A DNA stretch of 64,000 bases from Monocercomonoides exilis PA203 (taxonomy: Eukaryota; Protista; Preaxostyla): the NCBI GenBank assembly GCA_001643675.2, contig LSRY02000012.1, positions 992,001 to 1,056,000 on the forward strand, written 5' to 3'. The notes beneath the pieces were generated by a model, which saw only the letters and a program-made list of their open reading frames with translations, was not told where the DNA came from and did no database searches. Both the position numbers and the translations under genes were made by a program. Of the stretch, positions 51,101-60,776 are shown piece by piece (position 1 is the first letter of the stretch; the number at the start of each line of letters is the position of its first letter).

Positions 51101-52988
51101 ATTCGCTCAGCCAGACACTCTTCGTCAGTCTGTGAGCTCATTGCAAACAGCACCTGAGCCTTCTCCTCTGCCGTCGATCTTGCCAACCGCGATGCCATCA
51201 CCTCCGCCTTCACCATCGCATTCTGTTGTGTCGATGAATTGGGAAGAGAAGAAGCGCTCGTCTGCGAAAGAAAGGCATCCCAAACAGCAAATGGCTGATT
51301 CTTCTGTGAAAACATCGCAGCATCATCACGAGGAAGAGCCTTCTTCAAACAAGAATGAGAACTTGGATGTGCATCCGGAGAAGGAAATAGAGAAAGAAAT
51401 GAACAAAGCAACAGAAACATCAACACCAGAGCAGACTCAAAAATCTGAATCTCCTCAAAGGAACCCTCAAAATAGTCCCTTAAACGCCAAAATGCGTCTT
51501 TCATCTCCAATTCTTTCCTCCCATCAGCCACCTGTTGAACCTCCTGTCATTCCTTCTGCCACTCCAATTGTCTGTGAGCCGCACCACGTCGTCACTCTCA
51601 ACACCATCTTGCCAATGATCGGGTATTTGGCTGCATCGAGCGATGGCCTGTCTCTTTCTGCACTTCACGACTCCTTCTCTTCCCTGAGCTCCTCATTGGA
51701 CTCCCTTCCTTTCGCAACAAACCAGTCACAGCACACGTTTTTGCAGCTGCTTTTGGCGCTTCTGCAGTATGACCTCGCACATCCTGAGTCACCTGACCCT
51801 CCGACGTTTCCTCTAACCACACTGAACGGCATCAAAACAGACGACGAAAGCGCTCCCTCGTTTGGCTCGCGGCTGGTTTCGGTCCTGCTTCACATCGCAA
51901 AGAACAACAACCCTTCGCCTTCTGCCAGAAGCGGAACAGTCACATCCATCACACCTGTTCCTTCAACTCCTTCTGGGCGCAGAAAAACAGAAGAATACCC
52001 AACATCAGAAAAAGTGAATGCTGATGAAGACAAGTCTTTCAATTCGCCTGCTTCTGCAAGCAACACCAGCCGTTCGCGCTCACTCTCAGTCTCAACCTCT
52101 CCACCTGTGCGGCACAAAAGCCCCTTCCGCCCATCTGCAGACACCACCCCCACAACTGAGGATCAGAACACGTGGTCGCTCTGTCTTTTATCTTCTCTCG
52201 CGCTCTGCCGGCTGTCTCCGCTGCATTGCCCACAGGAACTGGCAGCGCAGACGTGCCTGTATGCACTCTATCTGATTGGAGAGTGTTTGGATAACTGCTC
52301 AACGACACTTGTGCTGGAGGAGTTCTTCAGCAACAGCGGAATAGCTTTTCTTATCCCCTTGTTGCTACTTCTAATGAAAAGCTCTCATTCATCATCATCG
52401 CTTCAGCAGCCTGATGTGTCAGCAACATCTTCACTGGACAGTCCATATGAGCTCAACTTTACAGTTGTTGAATCAGTCGCTCGTCTTCTTCTGCGAATTG
52501 TGACTCCTCCGTCTGATGCATCTGGTCAATCTGCTTCTTCCTCTTCGATTTCTTCTGCTTCTGCTTCTTCTGCTTCTTCTGCTTCGATTGTCATTCCTCG
52601 TTTTTCACAGATAGCTCAAACACTTTGGCTTCAGACCCTTCTCCTGCGATCTTTGTTCACTTCATTGACAACTTTACTCTCTAAAGCAACCAAAGTGACT
52701 GCAGAAAAAGGAAGAATTGACTCTTCACTTAAGAATGAAGATGATAGGTTGATAGCAACAGCTGCTTTCTCCACAACACTCTATTTGAGCTGCCTGTGCC
52801 GAAGGGTGTATCTTCTCTGCCGTGTTTCTGTGAAGAATGCATCGCTTCTCAGTCAATTGAAAGAGTTGATCAGCAGAAGAGCAGAACTCGTGAGAATGCA
52901 AGTTGTTCCAGAGCACCCGCTTCTCGAGTCGAATCTGCACTTCATCTCCTCCGCTGTTGACTCATCTCTCTCAGATTGTGTTTTATAG
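48153..52988 (+). CDS. 1611-aa coiled-coil/low-complexity protein, possibly CCDC138-like
   Basis: Single ORF with an N-terminal coiled coil, poly-Pro and Lys/Glu tracts. C-terminal helical region (LPF..HTFLQLL, LLSSLAL, ELAAQ, terminal PEHPLLESNL) recalls CCDC138. Confidence 0.55.
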   Translation: MSTKMNSAEHSSQSSPEHFQHTRIINSKSPSAEMSSLSQKKENKQKSNDYLSNKNVTKSETQKKVDTLKTNTIGIKRFQGNEQDEANSNDESDHELDHDQIIKIAQDEILFLNSALKTKEQELQETKRRLQGAIERHRIEKEEIYQKTVEDTIQQADARLNEEITKATQPLEVKVKALNEENIKLKKRIATQREEIYKYKHALNDANQKFEEEKKRNEELSQKLKMAQSRASSLSVVLQRMKEERTKERKANEEEKQQLKKENEMLQKRHKVILARMTREAAEKEKQQSNKENEEHQQESESNSPQEEVKTIKSEAPKQDNEYSESDPVEKVKSEPAKDQQEKSSPAAKTENKEEANENETIEELLKRLGLDEYIPETCIHDSSEEGEQKKLEESFKSSPTLCESSHNSKEQSVLEVSPSHSAKTPKKQQEPHAESSAQSTTLRAPALTSVSSTFIAASTSSPPSSKHASDDDAVNVTPKTSPLQNKTSSITPPQTDQPHTHSPISQNSPLKRTSPLPPPPPPPPPPPPPPPPPPPPLHSPPLRSPPSVLSNSSVIPPSEGQHQLLSPPSQLSSSLSPQTDSSYLLPFGHHISTPSIQTAHLTQPLDPLPISSSSASSSSSSSAMLYNPYLFANSAQLAPTLSIAHTPYFADPLTAVPISPLHSLAFHSQPSPASPYFSLTDFVRYHIPLAAEEENKLASSKHKRNSKSKTHHEGKEKEKEKEKEKEERHDKRTKKAKEKKERSKEHKSKSEHDEQKEEKKKSIKKNVEKGNDKDKDKKEKKEKEKEKGREKEKEKKERKEKTKEKEIENEGKTTKKDSTPNHHRSKSKKKDKKEHVSSSRSPSSEKDSPLSLSSTSSESSESEESEESKDSEASNKNSLRKGSAKSDRSSLDDEVKDGEAKDDEKLSESKEDGIKQKQKELEESAKGDELKDEGNQTKQDSFNKNESEDRKSITDGPTFIEAKPEDTGLSPVLTPPFSQKRKFAQPDTLRQSVSSLQTAPEPSPLPSILPTAMPSPPPSPSHSVVSMNWEEKKRSSAKERHPKQQMADSSVKTSQHHHEEEPSSNKNENLDVHPEKEIEKEMNKATETSTPEQTQKSESPQRNPQNSPLNAKMRLSSPILSSHQPPVEPPVIPSATPIVCEPHHVVTLNTILPMIGYLAASSDGLSLSALHDSFSSLSSSLDSLPFATNQSQHTFLQLLLALLQYDLAHPESPDPPTFPLTTLNGIKTDDESAPSFGSRLVSVLLHIAKNNNPSPSARSGTVTSITPVPSTPSGRRKTEEYPTSEKVNADEDKSFNSPASASNTSRSRSLSVSTSPPVRHKSPFRPSADTTPTTEDQNTWSLCLLSSLALCRLSPLHCPQELAAQTCLYALYLIGECLDNCSTTLVLEEFFSNSGIAFLIPLLLLLMKSSHSSSSLQQPDVSATSSLDSPYELNFTVVESVARLLLRIVTPPSDASGQSASSSSISSASASSASSASIVIPRFSQIAQTLWLQTLLLRSLFTSLTTLLSKATKVTAEKGRIDSSLKNEDDRLIATAAFSTTLYLSCLCRRVYLLCRVSVKNASLLSQLKELISRRAELVRMQVVPEHPLLESNLHFISSAVDSSLSDCVL

Positions 52989-53235
52989 AGGAAAAAAAAG
53001 AATGCTTTTATTTATTTGTTTTTCAGTTAACTTTATTTTATTTTCATTTTTTTTTTTAATTTTCAGTGTGTGAGATGAAAATGAGAACAAAAAATTAAAA
53101 AATTAAAAAAAGGCGATGGTTGCAAAATAAAATCTATGTGAAATGTAAAAAAATCTTTAAAACACATTTAAATATCATATGAATGAAAGACAGAATAACG
53201 AAATGCTCAATAAAATACAATGCCCTTTGCTTGCA

Positions 53236-56200
53236 TCATCCATCTAATTGGATATCATCTTCTTTTTCCTCGTCTTGTTCGCCAGTTTGAGAATCATCTT
53301 CTTCTTTCTCCTCTTCTCCCTCCTTCTCTTCTTTTTCTTCTTTTTCTTCTTCTCCAACTTTCTTCTCCTCTTCCTTCTTCTCCCACCACCTCCCTTTTCT
53401 CTTCCCCCCTTCTCCTTCTCCTTCTCCTTCCTCTTCTTCTCCCACCGTATCCCTCAGCTCCTCCGGAAGCGTTTCCTTCCAATAGTCCTCCCTCAGCAGC
53501 GGATCTTCCTCGCTCTTCCCAATTTTGCTCAAAATCGACAGAATCGTCTTCCCTTCCCCAGCAAACCCTGCTTCTTCCTCTTTGTCCTTCTCGTGGATCG
53601 TCTTCAGCTCCTCCTCAAGTTGCTTCAGCTCCGCTTTCTCTCTTTTTTTCTCTCTTTCCTTTCGCAAATACTCGTTTGCGGCGCTTTTGGCAGTCTCCAC
53701 CGTGATGAGCGTGGCATCAGTTGCTGTGGTTGCTGCGGTTGAGGTGGATTTGAGGGATTTTTTAGAGGAAGAGGAAGAAGAAGAGGAGGAGGAGGAGGAT
53801 GACGATGACGATGATGAAGGAGTAGCAGGAACCGAAGCAACAGCAGCACTCCAATACGAGTGATACGAAGGCTGCTCTTTTGATACCAGCGACACGGAAG
53901 GCGGTGAAAGCGGAGGTTCTTCTCCATTTTGAGCATTCACCAAAGCAGCTGAGGTTAAAGTGGAAGCGAGCGAGGCAGTTTCTCCTTTGATCTGTGTGTT
54001 GACAGGCAGCTCCTTCTCAATCTCGCTCAGCCGCATGTCAATCTCAACCAGCTTGCGCAGATCAGCTGTGGTTGGCTGGTATGCGATCCCTGGCTTCATA
54101 CGGGGATGGAATACAGAACCAGAAGAAGAAGAGGAGGAGGAGGAAGAGGAAGAAGAAGAAGTATAAGAAGAAAAAGCAGAGATTGAAGCTCTCCCCGACA
54201 GAGGTGGCTGTGTTATTGCTCTGCTGTGCTGCAGTGCCGATGCTGACGATGGAAGAGTCGCTGTTGATTCTCTTGTTGACTGAGAGGCAGCAGAAGCCAA
54301 AGAAGCTCTATCTGTGTCTGGACGAGGCAGAAGAACAGGCAGAAGAGGAGGAGGACGCATAGTGAGGAGCGGGTTGGCGTCTCCGCTGCTTCCATTTGGA
54401 CTTGCTTGAAGTGATTTCTGCTTCTTAAGCTCTGCTTTCAGCATTCTTTCTCGCTCTTTCTCTTTCTTCCTTTCTTTCTTTTCGTACAGCTCCAAAAGCT
54501 TTCTTTGCAGCTCTTCATCGTCTGTGTCTACTGGAATATCCACATAATCTAGTTCATCGGACTCATCTTCTGATACATCGCCAATCTCTTCGTTTTCTTG
54601 GTCTTTCGATTCGTTTTCTTTGTCTTCTTCTTCTTCTTCCTTTGAATATCTCTCTTCTGTCGCATTCTGTCCATCTTTCTCTTCTCCTTCTCCTTTTTCT
54701 TTTTCTTTTTCTTTTTCTTTTTCTTCCTCATTCACTCTTCCTCCTTCTCCTCCTCCTCCTCCTCCTCCTCCTTCCCTCTTCTCCTCTTCCCTCTCCTTCT
54801 CCTGCTGATACCCCATCGCCCCGTAGTACGCCTCCAAGTCATACAAATCATCTTCGTTCTCCTTCATCAGCGCATCCACCCTTTCCTCTTCCTTCGGCTT
54901 CAGCCTCTTGTGCAACGCAGCTGAGCCAAGCTTGATGTTCCTCTCGATGTATGAGAACCCGCCATATCCTCGTTGCAGACGCATGGCAGTGGCAGATGCA
55001 ATAGAAGAGGTGGAAGAAGAAGATGATGATGATGAAGGCTTTGCAGCGTTTGGAGCAGATGGTACAGGCTGGTTTGTCTGGTTAGCAAGAGCAAAAGAAG
55101 AGAGAGAGGCGAATGACTGGCGCGGTTGCGTGCTCCGCTGAGACCGAGATGACAAGGCAGAAGAAGAAGACGAAGAAGAAGCAGAAGAAGCAGAAGAAGC
55201 CTTCGAAACATTACTGGAAGTACTAACATTCGATGCGACTGTGCTTCTCGTTGATCCAAGATCCAACTCTCTTCCTCTTTGGCTCATTCCCATCTGCCCC
55301 ATCCGCCCTGTCTGCTTCATCTGTCTCATCTGCTTTGCCTGCTCTCGTTCGGCTTCTGCATCCATCAGCTCCATCATCACCGCCACAACCGCCTCTTCCC
55401 CGCTCAGCCCCCTCTTCCCCGCTTCAATGCTTGCCTTCTGCCTCCACTCTTTCTCCTTCCTTTCTTCCTCCTCTTTCTCCTCCCTCTCTCTCTGCAGCGC
55501 CTTCACCCGCGCACTCAGCACCGCCTCTGCCCTCATCAGCACCCCCAGCTCTTTGTCCATCTGGTTGATCTCTGCGATCGCCTGTGCTGCTTTCTTCCCT
55601 TCCTTTCCCGCAAACAGCTTCGGATGCATCAGCTCCAGCAGCCGGCTGTCGATCACCCGCGCCTCAGCACACTCTGCAATCGTCTCGTCCAGCCCTTCGG
55701 GAAAGTCCACCAGCGCCTCTCCGTCGATCGTCTTGCTCTGAAGCGACGAAATGAACTCGGAAAGAGCGTCCCTTGCTTCTTTCTGCTCCTGCTGGATAGC
55801 CTCAATCTCGCTCTGCAGCGCAGCCACTTCGCTTCCCTCGGCAAACGCCTCCAGCGCAACATCGTCAGCGGTAAGGGGAGGAGTCAAGAGAGGGTCAGTG
55901 GGGTACTCGTCTTCTGTATTCCCACTCACGTCTCCATCGCTACCACTACTACTACCACTGCTTCTGCTGCTGGATGGACGAGATATTTCAAGCGGATCCT
56001 GCATTGCTGACGGGCTTGACGGTGTTGTTGTTGTTGGAGTGATTAGCCCATCAAGCGAAGAAGAAGAAGAAGAAGAATGCATAGAGTCTCGTGAGCGATT
56101 ACGCAGCACCTGTGTGAGGAACACGCCGTCACGTGATTGAGTAGAAGAGAGTGTGGCGGTGGATGACAACGTCGATGAAAGAGGGCGGATGTGGTGCTTC

Positions 56201-57258
56201 AGTGCCAGCTGCTCAGCAGCGCTCTGCCCTTCCATTCCAAGAAGGCTCCGGCTGTCAATCACAATCTCCATCATGTTCCCGTTTTGCCTCGTCTGGACGC
56301 CTCTGCCGAAATCTGTGCTTGTATCACCGTCAGACTCCTGAGCAGATAGCTCGAAGTCGCCTGGTTCTGACGAAGCAGTCGGGCGTTTGTAGCGAATGAT
56401 GCTCTGAACGGCTGGGTCGACGCTGTATGTCGAATGAGTCGGCATCAGCATCTCAAGCGCGCTCACCTGCGGGATCGGCACGTGGCTGTGAAGACTCGAC
56501 TGCTCTGGGAACAGCTCTGACAAGCCTTCTGCACGCCAGCGGCCGCTTCCCTGGCGGAGCTGAGCCTTCTGCAGGCGGCTTTCGTCCATAGACGATGACA
56601 GCGGAACGGTCTCAATCGAGAAGAATCTCTCGTCCTGCTCGTCGAGATCGGCTTTGGCCAAAGGTTTCTGGCTGTCCGCATTCGATGAAGTGTGCGACGG
56701 GCTCGATGGGCGTGTCGACGACGATGATGATGCCCTGCGCGATAATGTAGGCCGTGAAGTGTGTGTACGTGATGGTGATGGAAGACGTGAAGTGGATGCG
56801 CGAAGAGGTTGATCGAGAGATGATAAATGGGGAGCCCCGGACTTCGTTGTGGGTTGTTTGGACACATTTAGTGGGGGTAATCTAATAGGTCTATTTGTAG
56901 TTTGTGATGATGATAGTGTAACTGGCTGAATTTTCGGTACAGTTATTGGCTTTGAAGTGGAATAAAACACCGTTTGTTTTTGTGTCCGACTTGAGCTTGG
57001 AGGTGTACTTGGTTTTGATAAAGAAGGTGAAATTGGCCTAACGCTTGATGGAGTCCGAGGAGTTGAAGATGGACGAAGAGATTTTGTAGGCGTTGTGTTA
57101 CGAGGGGTGGAAGGCTTTGACTCGGGTCTGACGGATTGATGAGAAGATGATGACCTTCTTGGAGATGGTGGCAAAGGCATTCGAGAAGATTGTGGAGAAA
57201 TCTGCCTTTGTGGAGCTTGTATTGTCGTAATATGAAGTGTAGGGGTTTTTTGATTCAT
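53236..57258 (-). CDS. FSIP1 (fibrous sheath-interacting protein 1)-like protein, 1340 aa
   Basis: Collinear blocks AIAEINQMDKEL, YIERNIKLG...EEERVDALM, YQPTTADLRKLVEIDMRL and EYLRKEREKKREKAELKQLEEEL resemble FSIP1 conserved segments. Confidence 0.65.
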   Translation of the reverse strand: MNQKTPTLHITTIQAPQRQISPQSSRMPLPPSPRRSSSSHQSVRPESKPSTPRNTTPTKSLRPSSTPRTPSSVRPISPSLSKPSTPPSSSRTQKQTVFYSTSKPITVPKIQPVTLSSSQTTNRPIRLPPLNVSKQPTTKSGAPHLSSLDQPLRASTSRLPSPSRTHTSRPTLSRRASSSSSTRPSSPSHTSSNADSQKPLAKADLDEQDERFFSIETVPLSSSMDESRLQKAQLRQGSGRWRAEGLSELFPEQSSLHSHVPIPQVSALEMLMPTHSTYSVDPAVQSIIRYKRPTASSEPGDFELSAQESDGDTSTDFGRGVQTRQNGNMMEIVIDSRSLLGMEGQSAAEQLALKHHIRPLSSTLSSTATLSSTQSRDGVFLTQVLRNRSRDSMHSSSSSSSLDGLITPTTTTPSSPSAMQDPLEISRPSSSRSSGSSSGSDGDVSGNTEDEYPTDPLLTPPLTADDVALEAFAEGSEVAALQSEIEAIQQEQKEARDALSEFISSLQSKTIDGEALVDFPEGLDETIAECAEARVIDSRLLELMHPKLFAGKEGKKAAQAIAEINQMDKELGVLMRAEAVLSARVKALQREREEKEEEERKEKEWRQKASIEAGKRGLSGEEAVVAVMMELMDAEAEREQAKQMRQMKQTGRMGQMGMSQRGRELDLGSTRSTVASNVSTSSNVSKASSASSASSSSSSSALSSRSQRSTQPRQSFASLSSFALANQTNQPVPSAPNAAKPSSSSSSSSTSSIASATAMRLQRGYGGFSYIERNIKLGSAALHKRLKPKEEERVDALMKENEDDLYDLEAYYGAMGYQQEKEREEEKREGGGGGGGGEGGRVNEEEKEKEKEKEKGEGEEKDGQNATEERYSKEEEEEDKENESKDQENEEIGDVSEDESDELDYVDIPVDTDDEELQRKLLELYEKKERKKEKERERMLKAELKKQKSLQASPNGSSGDANPLLTMRPPPLLPVLLPRPDTDRASLASAASQSTRESTATLPSSASALQHSRAITQPPLSGRASISAFSSYTSSSSSSSSSSSSSGSVFHPRMKPGIAYQPTTADLRKLVEIDMRLSEIEKELPVNTQIKGETASLASTLTSAALVNAQNGEEPPLSPPSVSLVSKEQPSYHSYWSAAVASVPATPSSSSSSSSSSSSSSSSSSKKSLKSTSTAATTATDATLITVETAKSAANEYLRKEREKKREKAELKQLEEELKTIHEKDKEEEAGFAGEGKTILSILSKIGKSEEDPLLREDYWKETLPEELRDTVGEEEEGEGEGEGGKRKGRWWEKKEEEKKVGEEEKEEKEEKEGEEEKEEDDSQTGEQDEEKEDDIQLDG

Positions 57259-57636
57259 GGCAAATCAAGAAAACAGACAATTCAACTTTTATTCAAAAGA
57301 AACAAAAATGAAATCAAATCAAAGATTAATATATATATATAAGTTATTAAAGACCCATTTACCAAAATAAAAAAATAGCTTTTAAAATAATAAATTTAAG
57401 AACATGCAAATTATGTTCAATAACCTCTAAAAGTTAATAAAAAACAAACGAAACAAAAAAATCAACTTCAAAAAATTCGTCATTTTCTTTATATTTTTTT
57501 TGTTTAATTTTCATACATTTTTCCAATAAATTCCAACTTTTAACAAAAAAAAATGTTGACAATAAACTGTGATGGGTCATGTTTTTATAGCATATGGGTA
57601 ACAGTTTGATCCTTGAATTGGAAAATTTGCGTTTAA

Positions 57637-58250
57637 ATGTCGGAAACAACTCATTTTCCTTCTCCACCTATTCATCCTCCAAAAAAGAAAATAGAAGAAA
57701 TAAATGAAAAAGAAAAGCTTGCGGCAACATTGAATCAAAAAGAGCAAAAAGATAAAATATCAACAAGAGATTTTGGAACGGCTGAAAGCCCAGAATCAAC
57801 TCTTCCTATAAGATTCAGAGGAGGTATGTTTATTTTTATTATTATTTTAGTCATCTTTTTTTGTTATGCGTAAACGTTTCTTCAATTTTATTTTTGAAGA
57901 CAACCTTAAATATCAGCCAGTGAAACAACATCCTCTTTATCGTACATCAAACTCAGCATATGGTCATAAAGTTCCTGAAGAGAGACACATGCCTTCTAAG
58001 TTTCAATATTTTCTGTTTCTTTTTTGTACGAAAAATAAGTTAATTTATTTATTTAGATACGTACCAAAAGGAACAAGCTTTGTGAAATCATTTACAGGAG
58101 GATTTACTGTATTTCTATTTTTATTATTTCATTCATTATAAATTTTAAAATTGTTTTTTGTATCTCTATTTTGAAATTAACATATTTTAGGCATCTACCG
58201 CTCTTAATACGTCTCAAACGCGTTCTCGTTATGTAGACATTCCTGAATGA
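57637..58250 (+). CDS. Piercer of microtubule wall (PIERCE1/2, FAP182-like) microtubule inner protein, 4 exons
   Basis: LPIRF...QHPLYRTSNSAYG...HMPSK|YVPKGTSF...ALNTS; the YRTSNxxYG signature is present. Confidence 0.8.
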
Positions 58251-58345
58251 ACTTTCAATATATCATTTCAAATATATCACGGATAGTTAATTTTTCAAAA
58301 ATTTTTCAGATATTTTGATCTTCCCAGTATAATATCAAATTATCA

Positions 58346-59017
58346 ATGCTTGTTGGTTTATTTCTTATTCTATTTATTTTACACTTCATTGCATCAACAC
58401 TGAATTTTAATTTTTTATTGTCCATATTTTCCTTTATTTTTTACAAGATCAAATTTCTCCGGAAGCGTTATACGGTTGATGACTTTTGTTTTGAAAATTA
58501 AAAGAATAGGAAATTTTTTATTTTCAATATTTAAGAATTGACAAGAAATATTATTGATCCTGAATATCCTCAAACTCTTGAAGAACTTAGCATTATTTCT
58601 CCAGATTCATTTCACATTGATCTTAAGAAACGTCATGTCACAGTTATATTTACTCCCACTGTTCCTCATTGCTCAATGTGCATGCTTATTGGATTATCAA
58701 TAATTACGCGACTTAGAACTTCTCTTCCAAAGAACATGAAAGTTTGTTTATTTTTTCACTTTTAATAACTTTTGGCAATAATTGAATCGTTTCAAGATAT
58801 TTATCAAACTCACTCCGGGCACACACGAAGATGAAGAAGGAGGTTTATATTTGCTTTTTCTTTTTTCTTTTTTTCAAGTAGTTCAGTTAACAAGCAATTG
58901 TGCGATAAAGAACGTGTTGCTGCTGCCATGGAAAACCCACGATTAGCAGCAGTTGTTTATAAGTGCATTGATGGAAAAGCTAAGCAAGATTCAGCGACTT
59001 CTGGAAAAGCAACGTGA
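58346..59017 (+). CDS. CIA2: Cytosolic Fe-S cluster assembly targeting factor CIA2 (FAM96/MIP18), multi-exon
   Basis: IIDPEYPQTLEEL, FTPTVPHCSMCMLIGL, PGTH, VNKQLCDKERVAAAMENP. Confidence 0.93.
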
Positions 59018-59185
59018 ACATTTTGTAATCATTAAAAATACACTTTTAATCATTTCATTAAGAATCCTTGGAATAAAAAGGAAAAACACTCATTTTAATC
59101 CAAAACATCAATATAATGTTGGCTTCTTACAAAAATTAATGTAAAAAAATGCTTATTTGATTTATAAATACTAAATCCAGAGTTT

Positions 59186-59907
59186 TCACTCTGTTCCAAA
59201 ATATCTATCTCCAAAGTCCCCAATTCCTGGAACTATGTATTTTTTTTCATTGAGGCCCTCATCAAGTGCAACGGAAACTATTTTGATCTTTGGATATGCA
59301 GAAAGAACGGCTTTCACTCCTTCGGGAACAGCAACCATATTCAAAAACAAAATGTTTTGTTCCAGAACTCCATTTTTCAACAATTCTCCGATAGCACATA
59401 TTGCAGATCCACCTGTAGCAAGCATGGGGTCAAGCAAAAGAACATTTCTGTGGGATATATCCTTTGGAATTTTGGTGTAAAAATGTTGGCAGGTCCCAGA
59501 ACCATCTTCCTTTCTCTGAATGAGTATCTTACCAATTCGAACATGTGGCAACACTTGTCGCAATGCATTTTCCATACTTTCTCCTGCTCGAATAATGGAA
59601 ACTCCGCAAAGTTTTGTTCCAAACTCTAGACCCTGAATGAACAAAAATCTATGTTTCAAAAAAAAGATCGATTGAATATTTAACAAACATCAACAGGAAC
59701 TTCCGTAGGTGTAATGATTGCTTTTTTGGAAAATGGAAGATAAGCAAGACCTTCTTCCATAAGAATACGAAAAAGACGATCAGAATAAAACACAAAATCT
59801 GATCGCTGAGTAGTACGATCGCGTAGGATTGTCATAAGAGCAATTATTTGAGGTGTTTGTGGAACCAATGAAAACTGTGGAAAATCTAAGAGTGGATGAG
59901 ATTCCAT
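59186..59907 (-). CDS. UPRT: Uracil phosphoribosyltransferase, one intron
   Basis: TILRD...DFVFYSDRL, CGVSIIRAGESME, RIGKILIQR, LLDPMLATGGSA, YIVPGIGDFGDRYFGT. Confidence 0.96.
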
Positions 59908-60187
59908 CAAAATGTATTAAAAATATAAAACAAAAATATAAATGTTTATTATGCAGTTGATCCCAATTGATCTTTTTTCGTTAAAAATATGCAGAAATTA
60001 GCTTTGGAAAAATATATCTCATTTCTTTTTAATGTTTATTATAAAAAAGCAATTGAATTATTAAATAAATATTATTATTTTTCTATTTATATTTTGAATA
60101 ACAAAATATTCATAATTTTTCGATTGTGATTAATTTTAATAAAGATCCAATTGCTAATTTTCAAATAGAATTATTCAATTAAAATAA

Positions 60188-60701
60188 GTTCAAATTGGCA
60201 GATCCTTTTTGAAACCAAACTTTTGTTCGAGTTATGATGAAAATTATTACAGTTTGTGCAAAAAATACAGGACAATGCAAAAAATTCTTAACAACATCAA
60301 TATCTCAATCACCGCAAGAGGAATAATTCTGTTAATTTTCCTTAAAATATATCTCATTAATACAAACTCCTTTGATATTCAAAACTTTCAAAATGGCTTC
60401 ATTTGTGCTCAGAAAAAATTGTTATTTAATTCTCGGAGAAATAGAATTTTGAGTTTCTCCTTGTTTTTTATTTTAATTTTTTCCGAGCACAAATGAAGCT
60501 ATTTTGAAAGTCTCTTTTATCAAATGAGTTTGTATTGGTGAGGTATATTAAGAGGAAAATTGTCAGAATTATTCCTCTTGCAGTTATTGTGAAATCGATC
60601 TTGTCCGGTATTTTGTGCGATTTCCGGTATTTCATGCGATATCTGTATCTAATTGATTGGGAATTGCCTGGTTGGCTGACAAAAGTCCTTTCAAATTGAA
60701 C
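60188..60701. repeat. Diverged ~510-bp foldback element (symmetry centre about 60447); outer boundaries approximate
   Basis: 60314-60420 and 60475-60581 are imperfect reverse complements (gcaagaggaataattctg ... cttcatttgtgctc). The inner stem ggagaaa/tttctcc shares the same axis. Confidence 0.85.
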
Positions 60702-60733
<32 letters not shown>

Positions 60734-60776
60734 AAAAAAAAAAAAGAAAAAAAGAAAAAGAAAAAGAAAAAGAAAA
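60702..60776 (+). repeat. Poly(A)/(GAAAA) tract
   Basis: Seen directly in the sequence. Confidence 0.9.

Noticed and set aside
57590-57603. catatgggtaac, resembling half an RFX X-box upstream of PIERCE
   Set aside because: Half-site only and not seen at the other ciliary promoters.
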